Source of the DNA: Dimorphilus gyrociliatus
Lineage: Eukaryota; Animalia; Annelida
DNA length: 64,000 nt
Direction of reading: 5' to 3'
Assembly (NCBI GenBank): GCA_904063045.1
Contig: CAJFCJ010000076.1
Location: forward strand, 74,253 to 138,252
In this document: positions 13,598-27,610 of the stretch, in pieces
How the letters are laid out: the number at the start of each line of letters is the position of its first letter
Numbering within the stretch: position 1 is the first letter of the stretch
Translations under genes and position numbers: made by a program
Notes under the pieces: model-generated
The model's database searches: none
What the model was told of the DNA's origin: nothing
What the model saw: only the letters and a program-made list of their open reading frames with translations

Positions 13598-14704
13598 ATA
13601 TTTTATGATAAGTGAAAGTAAATGATTTTAATATGAAATGAAACAATTATGAGGAAAGCATGTATTCCATTAAGGAGAAAGTTTGAATTTAGGAAATATT
13701 TAAAAATTTCTAGACAAACTTGATATTCTATTTCTATGAGTATTTTGGTGTGTTACTAAATAAGGAATATAGATTTTCTCAGTTGGAACAAGAATGATAT
13801 TTAGAAATCTTCAAGAAGGAACTCTACACTCTACATTTTCACTCATTTGAGGTCAAGTACTTTCTTGTACTGTAAGTGAAGGAATTTCTGTTTTGTTACA
13901 AGTGTAATTGCCTTTCCAATTTGCCAAAGTACTGGTCCAAATAGACATTGAGTTTATCCATAGAATGAACACTTGCAAAACCTCAGTATCTAGTTGAATA
14001 TCAAAAAGTTGAACCCTAACTCTACTACTCAATTCCTCAATTGTTGCTCTAATGTTACTTACTTGAAATGCTTTTGACTTCCAAAATTGGTTCCAAACTA
14101 GGGCTATAGGGTGAATTTAGAAATAATGACCATCTTTGACCTCTTGTAAAAATCTTTTGTTTAAAAAGCTGAGAAGCTATTGACAAAAATAAAAATAATA
14201 AATCTGGATTTAGTTGTTTGCTAGTGGCGCCCCCTGTGCAGAAAATTTAATCCATATCTGAGCAACCTGATAAAAAATCTAATTTGTGCAGCAACATTAC
14301 AGAAATTGTAATCATATTAATTTCTAAAGTAGTGAAATGACTGTAAATTTACAGATAATAAACTGGAAATAATATGATATGGATGTATGCTCATGGTAAA
14401 TATTTGATCAGTAATTGATCACTGCAATTTCTTAATAATGAAAAATTTGCATTAATTATCAACTTTTACTAATTTATTATATTTTTTATGTCAAATTTCT
14501 GAAACAAAAAACTTTTCATTATTGTTTAGATTTAATTTGTGTGAGGTATTCAATAGTATCTATGTTTGTTTCTTAGGTTTGTCGTAATTCTATATTGATA
14601 TTCAAAAATTATGTTTTAAACAATAGAATATTAGAATTCTATTGAATAGGATATAATTTTAAACTATATATAACACAGTTTTGTTTGACAAACAGATTGA
14701 AGCA

Positions 14705-15556
14705 ATGAAAAGACAAGATTTTACAGTTACTCTTTCTCTGAAATACCTTCTTTTGGTTATGCAATTTCATTGTTTCCATAGCAATATTTGTAATATACCC
14801 AAAAATTTACGGGTAAGAGTTGGTGGTAAGTAGAATTATTAATTTATTTATTCAAAATTTTCATTCATTTTTATATAAAACAAAGATAAAACAGATACTT
14901 TATCCATTTGCCAATCTGGAGGATTATGCTACGAAGCAAATTATGGATGTTTCCCTAGTAAATACTACTATTGTTTTTTAATTCTTAAATTTTAATAGGG
15001 AAAATATTTTCAGGCACTAAATTTGAAAACTATGAATAAAAACTATGGAGAAACAACATGCATTGTTGCTAATTTGATTGAAGATGAACAGAGTACATTA
15101 ATCAATTTTACACTTGAACATATTGCTTTTGATAATAGATACGAAACTTGTCATAATGCCAGTAGTTTTCCATTTAAAGTAAGATTCCCTTGGCCTACTT
15201 ATGCAAATAATGTAAATGATATCTTCAATGTGAATATAACTGGTAGTAATTTAATCTGTGACCGAAAGGATAATGTAATTTTAAAACAAAATTTATTTGT
15301 CTATGTTCTATTAGATCATCAAATCAATGCTGAATTTTCAGGAAATTTTTACCATTGTAATTTGAATATTAACACCAAAACTTTTTGTCAATTTGAATGT
15401 AATTGTAAAGGAGAAATGTGTCAAGCCGTTTATATTAAATATTGGGATGAAAATGAAATTCTGAGTATATGCGAAATATCAATAAACTTTCAATTTGTAG
15501 AAATAATAATACTTTGGTTTATTGTTAATTATCTGGCACCTTGTTTACCATTTTAA
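14705..15556 (+). pseudogene. Secreted Cys-containing beta-domain protein (FPWP...G.NL.C...C.F.C.C...ICEI family), apparently frameshifted
   Basis: Signal-like first exon from 14705. The ORF 15023-15556 domain is homologous to 35262-35640 and 39150-39470. Splice phases do not reconcile near 15000-15050. Confidence 0.5.
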
Positions 15557-15899
15557 ATACAAGTAGGATTTGGTCAGTAATTACTCTTTACCAGCATATT
15601 AAAACACCTTCTTATCTAGGCTTTACCTCAATAGCCCTTATAAAAAAAAGTCAATTGTACAGAACATTTCTTTCAGGATTGTAAAAGTCTTTTATTGAGG
15701 TAAATCACGGATAATTCATACAAATTATTCTGTCTTCTACTGTCAATTGTCTTTGGAAGTTACTTAACAATATAGTTTTTGTTTGGATTAACCTTTTAAT
15801 TGTTTATTAAAAAGCAGAGATGTTAATTTTTTAAATAGTTTACAATTCAGAATAATTTTTGACCTCTTAAGCTCATTATTTCTAATACAAAATACTTTT

Positions 15900-18130
15900 C
15901 AACAGGTAAAATAAGATATAGGGAACAATGAACTTTTCCTCATAAATTTGTAGACAGCTAATAATGGATTTTGTTTGATGATTGTTGGTTTGTGTTAACT
16001 CATTGTATTATGGACAGGACTGACTACTTCTAGGATAAAAATATTGATTGTAATAATATCTTAAATACATTGAGCTGGTTTTATGACAAAGTTTCAAAAA
16101 TTAAAAAAAATGTCAACATACTTCCTGCTGCGGGTAGTTCTCTCACTTTCTCTTGTGCATTTTACTGCTTTAACCTCTAAATCAGCTGTGTTTATTTTGT
16201 ACACATTGGTTAATATGTTTGTCACAGGTTGGTTCAATACTTGACATTCCCTTTGATCTGTTAAATCCAATGCTTGCTGTCTTGCTGTCCATTTTAGTAT
16301 TGAATAGGAGGTACAAATTTTAAAGTGACGTTAGCACCAGTTGTGAATTGGTTTGTCATTGTCAATGGTAATAACATAAATATTATCATGATGAGAGGTA
16401 TTACCTCTATAATTGGAAATAACATTTATGGCTTTATCCTATTTTCAGTATCAACATGATTAACTGTCACATCTATTTCTTGGTTATTAGCCAATTTTAA
16501 TCTTGTTGCATAATATTTTCTTCTGCCATCTTCATATAATTCTACTTCATATAAACATTTGGTTACATCTGCAGCTGTTATCTCATATGGTCCATTCCAT
16601 TTAAACTTGGTATCCTTTCTATACATCTGTGAATATTTTCTCTCCTAATATGTACCTACCTAATTGTCATCTTTATAGGTTGGTGGTTTTCTCATCAGGG
16701 TTATATTAGCTCTATTCCTGTATTCCTTTTTCTTTATTACTGATTTACATATTGCAGTTGTCCTTAATTCATCCATGTCTTGCTTTCTATCAAATAAGAA
16801 TTTGGTTGTTGGCTCTATTCTTGGAATTGTTAGCAATGTATCCAACATGTTTTGATTTCTAAGCCCATATAGTAATTCATGGGGAGTTTTTCCTGTACTT
16901 ACAACTGGAATTTGGTTGAGGCAGCCTTGAATAATTGGTAACTGCTTTACCCAATTGGTATACCCTTCTATTACCAGTAATTTATGTAGTGCTCCTCTTA
17001 CTTCCAAGTTTCTTCTTTCTACTATGCCATTGCTTTGGCTATGAAAGGCTGTAGTTTTGATTTTCCTTACACCCAAGGATGTGACAAGCTCAGCAAATAT
17101 CTCACTTAAGAAGTTTCTTCCTTGATCAGTTAACATTTCGTCTGGTAGACCAAAATTAGGAAAATAATTATAAAACAAGTGTTTTAGAATCTCTTCTGAA
17201 GTTTGTCCCTTAAGAGGATACTGGTTTGTAAATCTTGACATATGATCTACAATAACCAAAATGTGCTTGAATGTATTATGTCCATTAAGAGGTCCAATAA
17301 TATGCATGGTAATTCTTTGTAGAGGCTCAACAGGATGTTGTGTTTCCATCAACTCATACCTATGGCTTGGTGCTCTTTTCTCTTGATTTGTTCCAGTACT
17401 TTTGTCAAAGCCACTTTATGTTCTTCTAAAGTGTTATTAAATATGATAATATCATCTATATAATTGAGGTAAAGTTTATCCATTCCATTTAAAACAAATG
17501 CTGCCATAACATAGCTGAAGTGAGGTGGGGTATTTGCAAAACTAAATGGCACTCTATTAAACTCAAAGAGGCCAAATGGAGTTATAAATGCTGTTTTCCC
17601 TTTATCTACTTTTATCTTAATGTGGTGGTAAGCACTTGTGAGGTCAAGTACAGAGACATATCTATTTTCTCCACCTAGTTAATCAAATAAATCTTCTTGA
17701 TGAGGGACTGGATATCTGTTTTTCTTAGTCTGCTTGTTGAATTTTCTATAGTCAACACAAAAACTTTTTTTGTGTTCCTTCTTTCTTTTGTGCAAACACT
17801 TTTACCTATTCTAATAATTCCACTATTCAGTAAGTCATTAACTTGCTCTTTACATTCATTCATGTTTATAGGTGGTAATCTGTATGGTCTTGAATGGGGT
17901 GGCTTCTTCAAAAAGAGAGGTGGTAAATCAAGTGTGCCAATATCTGTTTGATCTTTAGCCACAATCTCTTGAAATTCTGTAACAATAGTTATCAACTTTC
18001 TTCTTTCTTTTTCAATTCTGGTTAATTGCACTACCTTGTCTGAATTCTTTTGATTTCTGATCACTTCCATTGAGGTTTTATCCTTAAGAGTAAATAATGT
18101 TTTTAAGTAAGTTTCTTTTCCATTCTCTTC
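15900..18130 (-). mobile_element. Internally deleted Gypsy/Ty3 retrotransposon remnant: RT N-half, integrase core with GPY motif, downstream env-like ORF
   Basis: PYRLP...CVDYRKLN...DLTSAYH...TAFITPFGLFEF..VPFSFANTP...YIDDIII (RT); HIIGPL...ILVIVDHMSRF...TDQGRNF...SNGIVERRN (rve); KWNGPYEI. Confidence 0.92.
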
Positions 18131-18489
18131 TGTATATTAAATAATAATTTTTCGAAATTAGAATCATAAACAATTATTTTTTCTGGAAAAAAGAATGGTG
18201 GACAATGATAGATGGAGCCACTACTGAATATACTGCCCATGCAACAATTGTAAAATTTTACTATAAATTGAAATTATTTCTTTCTCTCTTCTTAACACAG
18301 TAAATGTGATGTTTCTATATCTTTTAAGTCTTTCTTTATTAAATGGTTTGTTCCAATTTTATTTTTTAACATTTGACAATTTTTATGAAAATTTTTTAAT
18401 AATTCTTTAAACCTAGTTGGCGGCATTCAAAAAGGTTAGGCAAAAGCAAGGTCTAGATTAGGGTTAGGATAAAATCATACATTTATGGC

Positions 18490-18830
18490 CACTTTCTACT
18501 ACATCCAAAATACATGCCACCACTCTCCATATTTCATCACCTGAAGTCCTTTTCATTATTGGTAGTCCATGTCCTAAAATCATCAGGTCTACTTAAAGAG
18601 AATCTAGCCTCATCCTAAAAATAAGTCTTGACCACTCTAGATTTTCACTAATTTTTTTGGGATAATAATATTTTCTCCATTTACAATCTTTAGAGGTGAG
18701 ATCTGTTCTTTGCCTGATTCTTTTGTATTTGTAGTACAGATGTCTCTTAAGCATTTGATAAAATTTAACTGCCTAATATATAACCTTAAAAAGTTTCAAA
18801 TCAGAAGGAATACATTCATTTATCTTTGTT
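18490..18830 (-). mobile_element. Tc1/mariner transposase fragment
   Basis: EWSRLIF / DEARFSLSRPDD...GGMYFG across a frameshift; matches the W..VIFSDE.RF.L.GPDG region of Tc1 transposases. Confidence 0.6.
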
Positions 18831-18949
18831 CTTTTATTGTTAATAACTGCTGTTTTTATAATTATAATTGAACTTCTCTATCCAAAAAACATTATGCAGA
18901 AATAATAATCCCATGGACATTAGATGACAGAAATATTCCATTTTTAACC

Positions 18950-19055
18950 GGATGCGACAGAAAACATCAATAAATCACTGCTTTTACCCTAACCATAATC
19001 CAGCCCTTGTCTGTACCTAAACATTTTCCATTACCCCTAACCCTTAGATGAGACT
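18950..19055 (+). mobile_element. Partial copy of the 207-bp MITE family
   Basis: Begins GGATGCGACAGAAAACATC...CTTTTACCCTAACC, as in the 27611 copy. Confidence 0.8.
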
Positions 19056-19541
19056 GAACAATGAAGATTAACAGATTTTACAGTTGTTATTAATCTTTGC
19101 TTTTCAGCAAAAATTTGAGTTCCTTGATTTACATAAAAGATTTACTTCTTTAACTCTAATAAATTTTGGATTAACATTTTTAAAAATGTTGTTGAAGGAA
19201 GCTTGAATGATTCCTGAAGAATTCTTTGCCTTCAGATTTTTTATTATAATGTTGATGAATATCATTCCTCTGTAGTCTTATCTTAACAGAATGCGGGAGA
19301 AGCAAATACCCAAATCTAGCTAGGGTTAGAGAAAATACTGAAAGAAGAGCAATTCAGATAAAATTATAAAATTATTCTATATAATATAACATATAATACA
19401 TTCCATATGTTCATATTTCATATTAACTTTGTAATGTTAATTTAAAGGGGATAATCAACCTAATTTTATGATATTGCTTAGGTATTTCATGACTAGCCTT
19501 CTGCAGTGAAAATTTTGATATTTTATTTAACAACATCAATA

Positions 19542-22500
19542 ATGACAACAAAATGGTGCTCTTATCAATTTGGTTTATTTACTCTTCTATTTCCTTTAAT
19601 TGATAGTTTTCTCTGTGACTTCAAAGGAAGAATATTGTCGCACAACCTAGACAGCGAGACTACAGCAAATTATTCAATGAGAATACTAAAAGAAGACAAT
19701 GTATCTGTCTATGGCAAGATTTACATAAGTGTAACTCCAGCAAGGGAAAAGCAAAGTCTGGCCTTTGGTGTTGACATAACAGCTGAATTTCATAGAAAAC
19801 TTTGTAGACATTTAGGTTATGATACTATACATTTTATTGCTGAAGTATGTGATCCACAGAATGGAAAGTATCACCTCGTCTTTTCACTTTTTTTATATTA
19901 AATTTTTAAAAATTAATTAAATAGAAACTTTAAAACTGATAATAGTAAATACTCAAGGAAAGCATGTTTTGTAAGATATCAGCAATAGAATATCTTATCT
20001 CTCACTCTATAGATATATAACTGTTTCTTGTTTTTAACAGAAGAGCAATTGTCAACAAATATAGAACCATTGCTTCGTATTGTTTAAAATGCTTTAAAAT
20101 TAAATCTCCAAGTAAGAGTAGTATTATTGAATGTTTGGCAACAGGAAAAAATGTCCACTAGAATGCAAAATAGTTTGTCACCTGGTAGACATTTTATTCT
20201 GGATTCATTGAATTTTTGAATTAAGACTACTTTGCTATTTCTTGAATTTTGCAGTTGTGTTTGCAATTCTTAATACTCAATATCAAAAATACCTGCTTTT
20301 TGTTAGATATAAAATGAAAATCTATTTATTATTACAAAAAAAACATTCAAATAGAAGAATTTGTGACAAAATTCAATTTTATAAAAATAGATTGGATTTT
20401 GCAGTAATTGAAAACAAAAGATTTGCTGTACAGTTTACCAATGAAACAATGTTCTTGAAACTTGTTGAAAATTCTTCACTCACCTATGAAGTCATAAAAT
20501 GCAGTAAAAATGAACTTCAAGGTGATTAAGCTATTGAAAAATAAAAAAAGACTGTCATTAATATAATAATTACTTTTTTTTAGATATTACGTCACTTCCT
20601 ATGTCAGAATTTCATAAATTATTTATTTTTGAACAAAAATTACAAAATAGAATATCATTTATGTTTTTGTCAAAAACTCTTGGTTATTTTCCAGTTATAA
20701 TTAAAGATTTAATTTCACATTCTCACAACAGCATTCGTTTGATGTGTAATATTGGAGGGAAAATACACCTTCCATTTTCAACAATTGTTGAAAGAATTGC
20801 AGAAACATTTGGATCAAAATGCCCAACATTAAGTTACAATGTTGAGAATTTACAAGTTGGAATATTACGCAATTGTAAATGGAATACTGAACCATACAGT
20901 GGTTGCGAAATGCATTATGGATTTAAGATGGGTTATGTTATTGCTGGATATTGTCAAGAACATTTTAAAAAAAATACCAGTTTGAACATTAAATTCAATT
21001 TGTATTTCTTTTGTAGTTTGTAAAAAAAATATGTCAGATGATACTTTTATGTTGTTCAACTCTATAAAAGAATATACATTGGCGGGAAACGAACGGGACC
21101 GAGACATCCTTCGTGGAATGCTCTTCCTATACCATAATAATTCTTGGTTCCGGCCAATCATTAAGAATTTAAAGAGTTTTGAGGTTGAAGCAGTCTGCGT
21201 ATTGTTTGGTTATAAGAATGGTCTATTAATAAAGGGCAACAATTCTCTTGATCTAAGAATCAGGGCCCATTATGCTTTCACTTTATCTTGTCCAAATCCT
21301 TTGAGTATATCAGAATGTGTTAGAAAAGTTAATTATTCCTTTACAAGGTAAAAAAATAAATTCTAAATTTAAAGAAAAGACAAACTTTTTGATAGTCAGG
21401 ATAAATTTGGAGGTTCACCAAGCCTATACTCCCACTATAATATAGAGTGTAATGATAACGAAAGTAAAATGAGAAATAAGACAGATTCTTCAAACTAATA
21501 ATCAATTTTTTAATAGATATTAAATGCCAAAATAGAAATGCCTTTAATTTTGATAGTGGCTGTTACATTCATGTTGAATATAATAGAACAATGTCAATTG
21601 ATGATTCAGTAAAAGAATGTGAAAAGAGAAATTCATTTCTACCATATTTATCATTCAAAGAATATTCACTTTTACATTGGTTAACGAAAGGTGTTCAACA
21701 ATCCATTTTCACAATTAGCAGGATTATGCCCGGAAGTACGTAAACAGTATATATTTATATATATATATATATATAACTATTTCTTTAACAAACATATTGA
21801 AAGTATTAAAATTGGTCAACGATTCAAGAGAACAACAGCATCTTGTATATGACGACATGAAACCGTACAACTTTCATGGTTTTACTCTCAATTTTCAAAC
21901 AAGGTAAACAGTAATTTTGAAATAAAATATGATTAATTAATTAGGATATATTTTTCAAGATTTCTCGATTCCTGCTTCTCGTTATTCAGGCTAAAACCTT
22001 TCCAAATGTTTTTTTATCCAAAATCCGATTTAAAATGCTTTTATTTAGAAAATATCAACAATCCTAGTTTAATATCATATATAACAGTCGATTTTAGTTG
22101 CCATCAAAGAATAATGAAAGATACTTTTTGTAAATTTCCATGTTAGTATGATTTTAGATTATGTTTTTTATGGAAAAGTAGACGCCTAATCCTTCTTATC
22201 GTAAACAACAACAAAAAAATAGACGACTTCAACTTTTCGCTATCAATAGAAATGGAGAATAAAACTTTTGTTGGATGTAATGGAAATTTTTTTCATTGTA
22301 TTGAAGATGGTCTATGTGTCAATTCGATAAATGTTTGCGATGGTGTGAAAGATTGCTTTTCCGGTGAAGATGAGAGAAATTGTTCAGATAATTCCGTATT
22401 CTTTTGCGATTTAAATACAACAATTCCTAGCCGATACGTTTGCGATTACGTCTACGATTGCCATAATAAACTGGACGAAATTTTTTGCAGTATGATATTT

Positions 22501-25500
22501 AAATTGTATAATCTATAAAACTTGTTTTTTTTTTTTCCATTTTCCATAAGAAATGACAGATTGTAATCTTCAATTTCGGTAAAAAGATAATATGAATACG
22601 TTGATAGATTTTATATAAACTCACCATTTTTTTTTTTTAACACAGATGCGATAATATGCAATGTATCGATAAAAATCTAGTTTGCGATGATGAGAAACAC
22701 TGTTTCGATTCAAGCGATGAAAAATGTTCAATAGAAGATTTTAATACTAATCATTTACCAAAAGAAGGTTTTCAATTGTAAAAAGTTCATTTTTATATTA
22801 ATAAAACATTTTCTAACTCACAAGTTTGTGAAAAATACAACAAATTTCAATGCGATAATAAGTGTATATCGAAGAGTAAAGTTTGCGATTTTTATTCTAA
22901 TTGTTACGATGAAAAAGATGAAAAGACTAGTGAATGCCAATCTTTGGATAAATTCAATAATTTTGATTGTTCCGCTTTAAAAAATTTGACAGAATTCAAA
23001 TGTCAAGTTGTTTATACTTCGATGGGAAAGCTTTTAACTAAAGTACACTTCCCTTTCTTAGCTTTGGATGAATGTAATAGAAAAGATTGTCCAATTGGTC
23101 AATACTTGTGTAAACTTAGTAAATACTGTATATCTATTAAACAAGTATGCGATGGAATTGTACATTGTACTCATTACGATGACGAATTTAATTGCGGTAC
23201 AATCCTTTTACATAGTTTTTTTTAGCCAAACATCGCAAATAATACAAAGTACTCAATTGATAGAAAATTTTAGACCAAAAGGCTACTTAAAATGTAGAAA
23301 TGAGCATCTTTTTGTTCCTTTAAACAACATTTGCAATGGTATAATTGATTGTAAATTTGGAAATGATGAATTATATTGTAATTTAAGCATAAATTGCCCA
23401 AGTAATTGTCTATGTAAACAATTTCACAGCATTGAATGTTCAATGAAAACTAATGAATTAAATCTAAAGACAATTCTTTCAAGTCATTTTAAAACTATAG
23501 AAATTTCAGACAAAGCCAATAATGTAAAATTTCCATCAATTGAAAATACTTTTGCAACTGTGTTGTCATTTCAAAATTCTTCAATTTTCAATTTTCAAAT
23601 ATCAATTAATTTTCCAAATGTTATTTATCTGTCTTTTAAAGATTGTAAATCATTGAACATATCTAGAATACTTTTAAATCCATTAAACAATTTACAACAA
23701 TTATATATTAGAAATTCAATTATAAAAATGGATAATTTTACATCATTAAAAAATGCTAGAAATTTATTATCCATTAATTTTTATTCAATAAATTTGAATT
23801 ATTTAAATGAAAAATTTTTGTTAAATTTAAGAAAACTTGAAAATTTAACAATTGAAAATTGTATTATAAATGATTTTCATAGAAATATATTCAATTCTTT
23901 AACGTCTCTTCAACGTTTATTATTAAAAAATACGAAAATACCAATGAAATATAAAAGTGCGTTGATAAAACCATTGAAATCTCTTCGAGTATTGCATAGT
24001 GAATATTTTTCATTTTGCTGTTTTTCCTGGCAATATACAAAACATATTAAAAAGTGTTATCCAACGCAATCTTTATTCAATTCTTGTAGCGATCTCCTCG
24101 AATCGAAATCGCTTCGTTCAGTTCTTTGGATTCTATCAATTTGCGCTATCATTGAAAATTTTATATCAATTTGTTTTAGAGGATTAATTTCGAAAAAGCA
24201 GAAAAATTGGTTTCATTTGACCTTGTCCCTTGCTGATTTTTGTACATCAATATACTTGCTTATTGTTGGAAGTGTTGACGCATTCTACAGAGGTGAATAT
24301 ATAGAAAATGATTACAATTGGAGAAATAGCGTCTTCTGTAAAGCAATTGGATGGTTTTGCAGTTGGTCAATATTACTATCATCTCAGAGTCTTTTTCTAA
24401 TAACAGTAGAAAGATATGCAATTATCGTTCATCCATTCAAGAGAATATTTGCAAGACCAATAATATTTATATTCATTGCTATTATGTTTATAATTGCAGG
24501 ACTGATATCGGCAATTCCATTATTTGCATATAATGTAAGGGCTAGAAATACTGGAAGATAAATAAGTTATGATATTTTATGTCCAATATATTAGACGTTC
24601 TATTCCAAAAGTCCAGTTTGTTTTACCTTGCACATCTCTAGTGAAAAGGTAGAAGGATGGCTGTATTCTTTTCTAGTTTTTGGGATATTAATGTCCGTTA
24701 CGTGCTTAGTCATTTTTGGTTTATATTTAAGAATTTGGAGAGAGACGCTCAAGGCAAAACAACTAATCAATAACAAAGAATTTTATAAAAATCAGCAGAA
24801 AAAGTTCAAATTAAATATATTTTTAATAGTAACAACAAATTTATGTTGCTGGTTTCCGGTTTCAGTTTTAGGTATACCCCTTTTTTAAACATCTTATGTA
24901 AAGTTATTTCACCTCAATTAACTCAATTCTCTTCTATTACATGAAATGGAACAGGAGTATACACTACATTCTTTAATTTAATTATTAAGAAAGATATCTA
25001 TGTTGCCATAGTGATTGTTATATTACCTTTAAACTCTGTTATAAATCCACTATTATATACTCTAAGAGATATAAAGCTCTATTACTCATCATTGAGACAG
25101 AAGGGAGAAAAGAAGATGTAATTAAATATAGATTTTATTAAATGATAATTAATCTTAACTTTTACAGATTGAATCAAATTAATGACGTCGTAGCGTTAAA
25201 TCTTTCAAATTGTTTTTATTAGAATAACATAAAAATAAAACTAGTTAGGAAATTTCAATACTGTTTTCTCTTTTCCAGATTTATCATATATTCAATTATT
25301 GAATAATTGCTTAGTGGATAAAAATTCACTAATCTTTTTAGAAAGACTTAGGAATAATCAAAAATTTTACAAAATGGAAAATATTTATGAAATTGGAAGA
25401 GATATTTGCAAACTTTTAAAAGTTGCTCATAAAAACAATCTCTCTTACAATGGTTTTATTGATTTTTCAAATATTTACCTAATTGTTTGTATATTGTTTT

Positions 25501-25684
25501 ATTTATTCATTTTAGAATGACTTTTCTCCATATTATATCTTTGTAGGTAAATAGAAATGGTAAATTTTATAATTTAACAACTAAACATCTGGTTTCCGCA
25601 AAGGAAGAGGAATTAAAGAAAGATATGATCAGTTTTGGTACATTTTTAAAGAAAGTCCTTCAAAAACGGATACACTTCATTTAG
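19542..25684 (+). CDS. GRL101/LGR-like receptor 1: signal peptide, SRCR-like regions, C-type-lectin-like domain, multiple LDLa, LRRs, rhodopsin-type 7TM, kinase-like cytoplasmic tail
   Basis: LDLa motifs (CDGVKDCFSGEDERNC). LRR exon ending FCCF...KCYP...SCSDLL. TMs with ITVERY, CWFP and LPLNSVINPLLYT. 3' exons traced: 24595-24871, 24955-25117, 25168-25211, 25279-25484, 25547-25684. 5' exons traced only in part. Confidence 0.85.
21746..21774. repeat. (TA)n microsatellite; similar short tracts at ~43666-43688 (TA) and ~48779-48800 (GA)
   Basis: Direct reading. Confidence 0.8.
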
Positions 25685-27610
25685 ATTATAATTTTGCTGA
25701 TATGACAAATTTTTTCATTTAATAAATAATTAATGTCATTAGTAAAATAATTTAAATTAGTATAAAAAGACTCCAAATAGACTTCTTCCAATTCCTTCTA
25801 AAAACCATAAAAGACAAATATATCCATATATGAAATATACTTATCAAATTTTGGTACCAAAGAGAATTTTCAACTTTTCAAGCTCATTCGTAAATGTCAT
25901 GATAAAGAAGAAATCATCAAAGAAAACATTTCTTAAAATTAGAGTGCTTTCTAAAATATCTTGCTTTGCTCTGTTGTCCTTTGTAGTTTTAAAGAATTCT
26001 ATCAAGTATTTAGCCTTCTAAGGGAAGAATTACAGGGGACCAATGATTTAAAATCATTAAACATTGAAATGTTTTCCCTCTTCCAGTTTCAGTAGATTAT
26101 TGTTTTCTTTTTAAAAATGCGAGCCTGCAGCAATATAAGAAAGATAAGAAAGGTCTAATTCATCAATTATTCTTCTTCTAATGTCAACATACACCATTCT
26201 CTCTTCAATACTAGCAATAGAACTATACATCTATGTGAGCTATTATTTGAACAATCCATCAACAGAAGATGTTGTCTTTTTGAAGAAAGAAGCCCTCCTC
26301 AATTTCATTTATTCTTACCAAAATTAAGGCTTAACAAAAGCTTAAGGACTAGACAGGAGAAAAGACTTTATGGACTGTATGGTTAGGGCTAAAAATTTAG
26401 AAAATGTACTTTTTACTTGAAATTAAATGATAAGCTAATCATAGAATTTGGCAAACTGAATGTAGACTTATTTCTCCATCTGGATAGGGTGTCAGTAATG
26501 TAGTATCAAATTGCATTGGTTCTGCTTCTGCTGTTCTCTGTCCCCTAATTCTGTCTTGAGGCATTCGTACACTTGAACTACCAACTTGCATTTCATGACT
26601 TGAATTTCCATACTTAGTGGAGTTTTCAGGAGATTTTAATAAAACATACTGGTCGTGTTTCATAACCAAAGCTTCACTATCAATAGTAGCACCAAAATTC
26701 TTTGTTCTCTCTCTGTATATTCTTCCATTTTTAGCATTAACTCACTAATTTCCTTGTCATCTTTAATTGTTTTATTGGTAGAGGGGTCATTTCCTGCACT
26801 AGACATAGTAAGAAGATGAGGATCCTGCAACTGCATCAAGTATGTGCTTTCCTGAAGTAGGGTTGTAGGTAAGTATTGATCCAAATAGAGCGAAATTATA
26901 AATGAACCCCTTGGAAAGGATATTTGAGTGTGCCCACTTTATACAATTTGAGCTATTCTGACAAACTTTTCCCAGTCATAAGAGTATGGCCTAAGAAGAA
27001 GGATTTGAGTTGTCTATAATATACCTTATCCTATTCCTTGTGAAGGCATTTGGTTTGGCATCTGTATTTTGTATCTGTCTGAATACTGCATTGTTGTCTG
27101 TGTGAAAGGTAACCTCTATTCTTTCATAATGAATTCACATGGTTGACACAATTCATCTGGATTTTTTAATAGAAAATACTATTACAAATATAATTTTTAT
27201 CATCTTTCACTTCATAATAATGTGACACTTTCATTCAGAGCTAAAGGAAATATAAATCTACAATTGAATACAACTGTTGATGAGCATCCTGAATAAAATG
27301 GTACACTAAATATGAAACAGTTTTCTTGTTGAATATTTATATATTAACTCCATTTCAGAATCAAATAAAACCACTTCAACAGTTCCATTTGAAAAAACAA
27401 AGTCATCTATAGTATCTTCTCTAATTCCAGAAAGATCAACTAATCGTCTAATAGGTACTATTTTTGAGAATACATTGGAAACAGATGCCATGGCATAACC
27501 ATCAACTCAAAGATATATAACGTCACATGATCATGGTGAAAATGAATGAATTTCATTGTATCTCTTGCATTTGAGAATGTGACAGGCAAAGTTTATCAAT
27601 TACCATGCAT

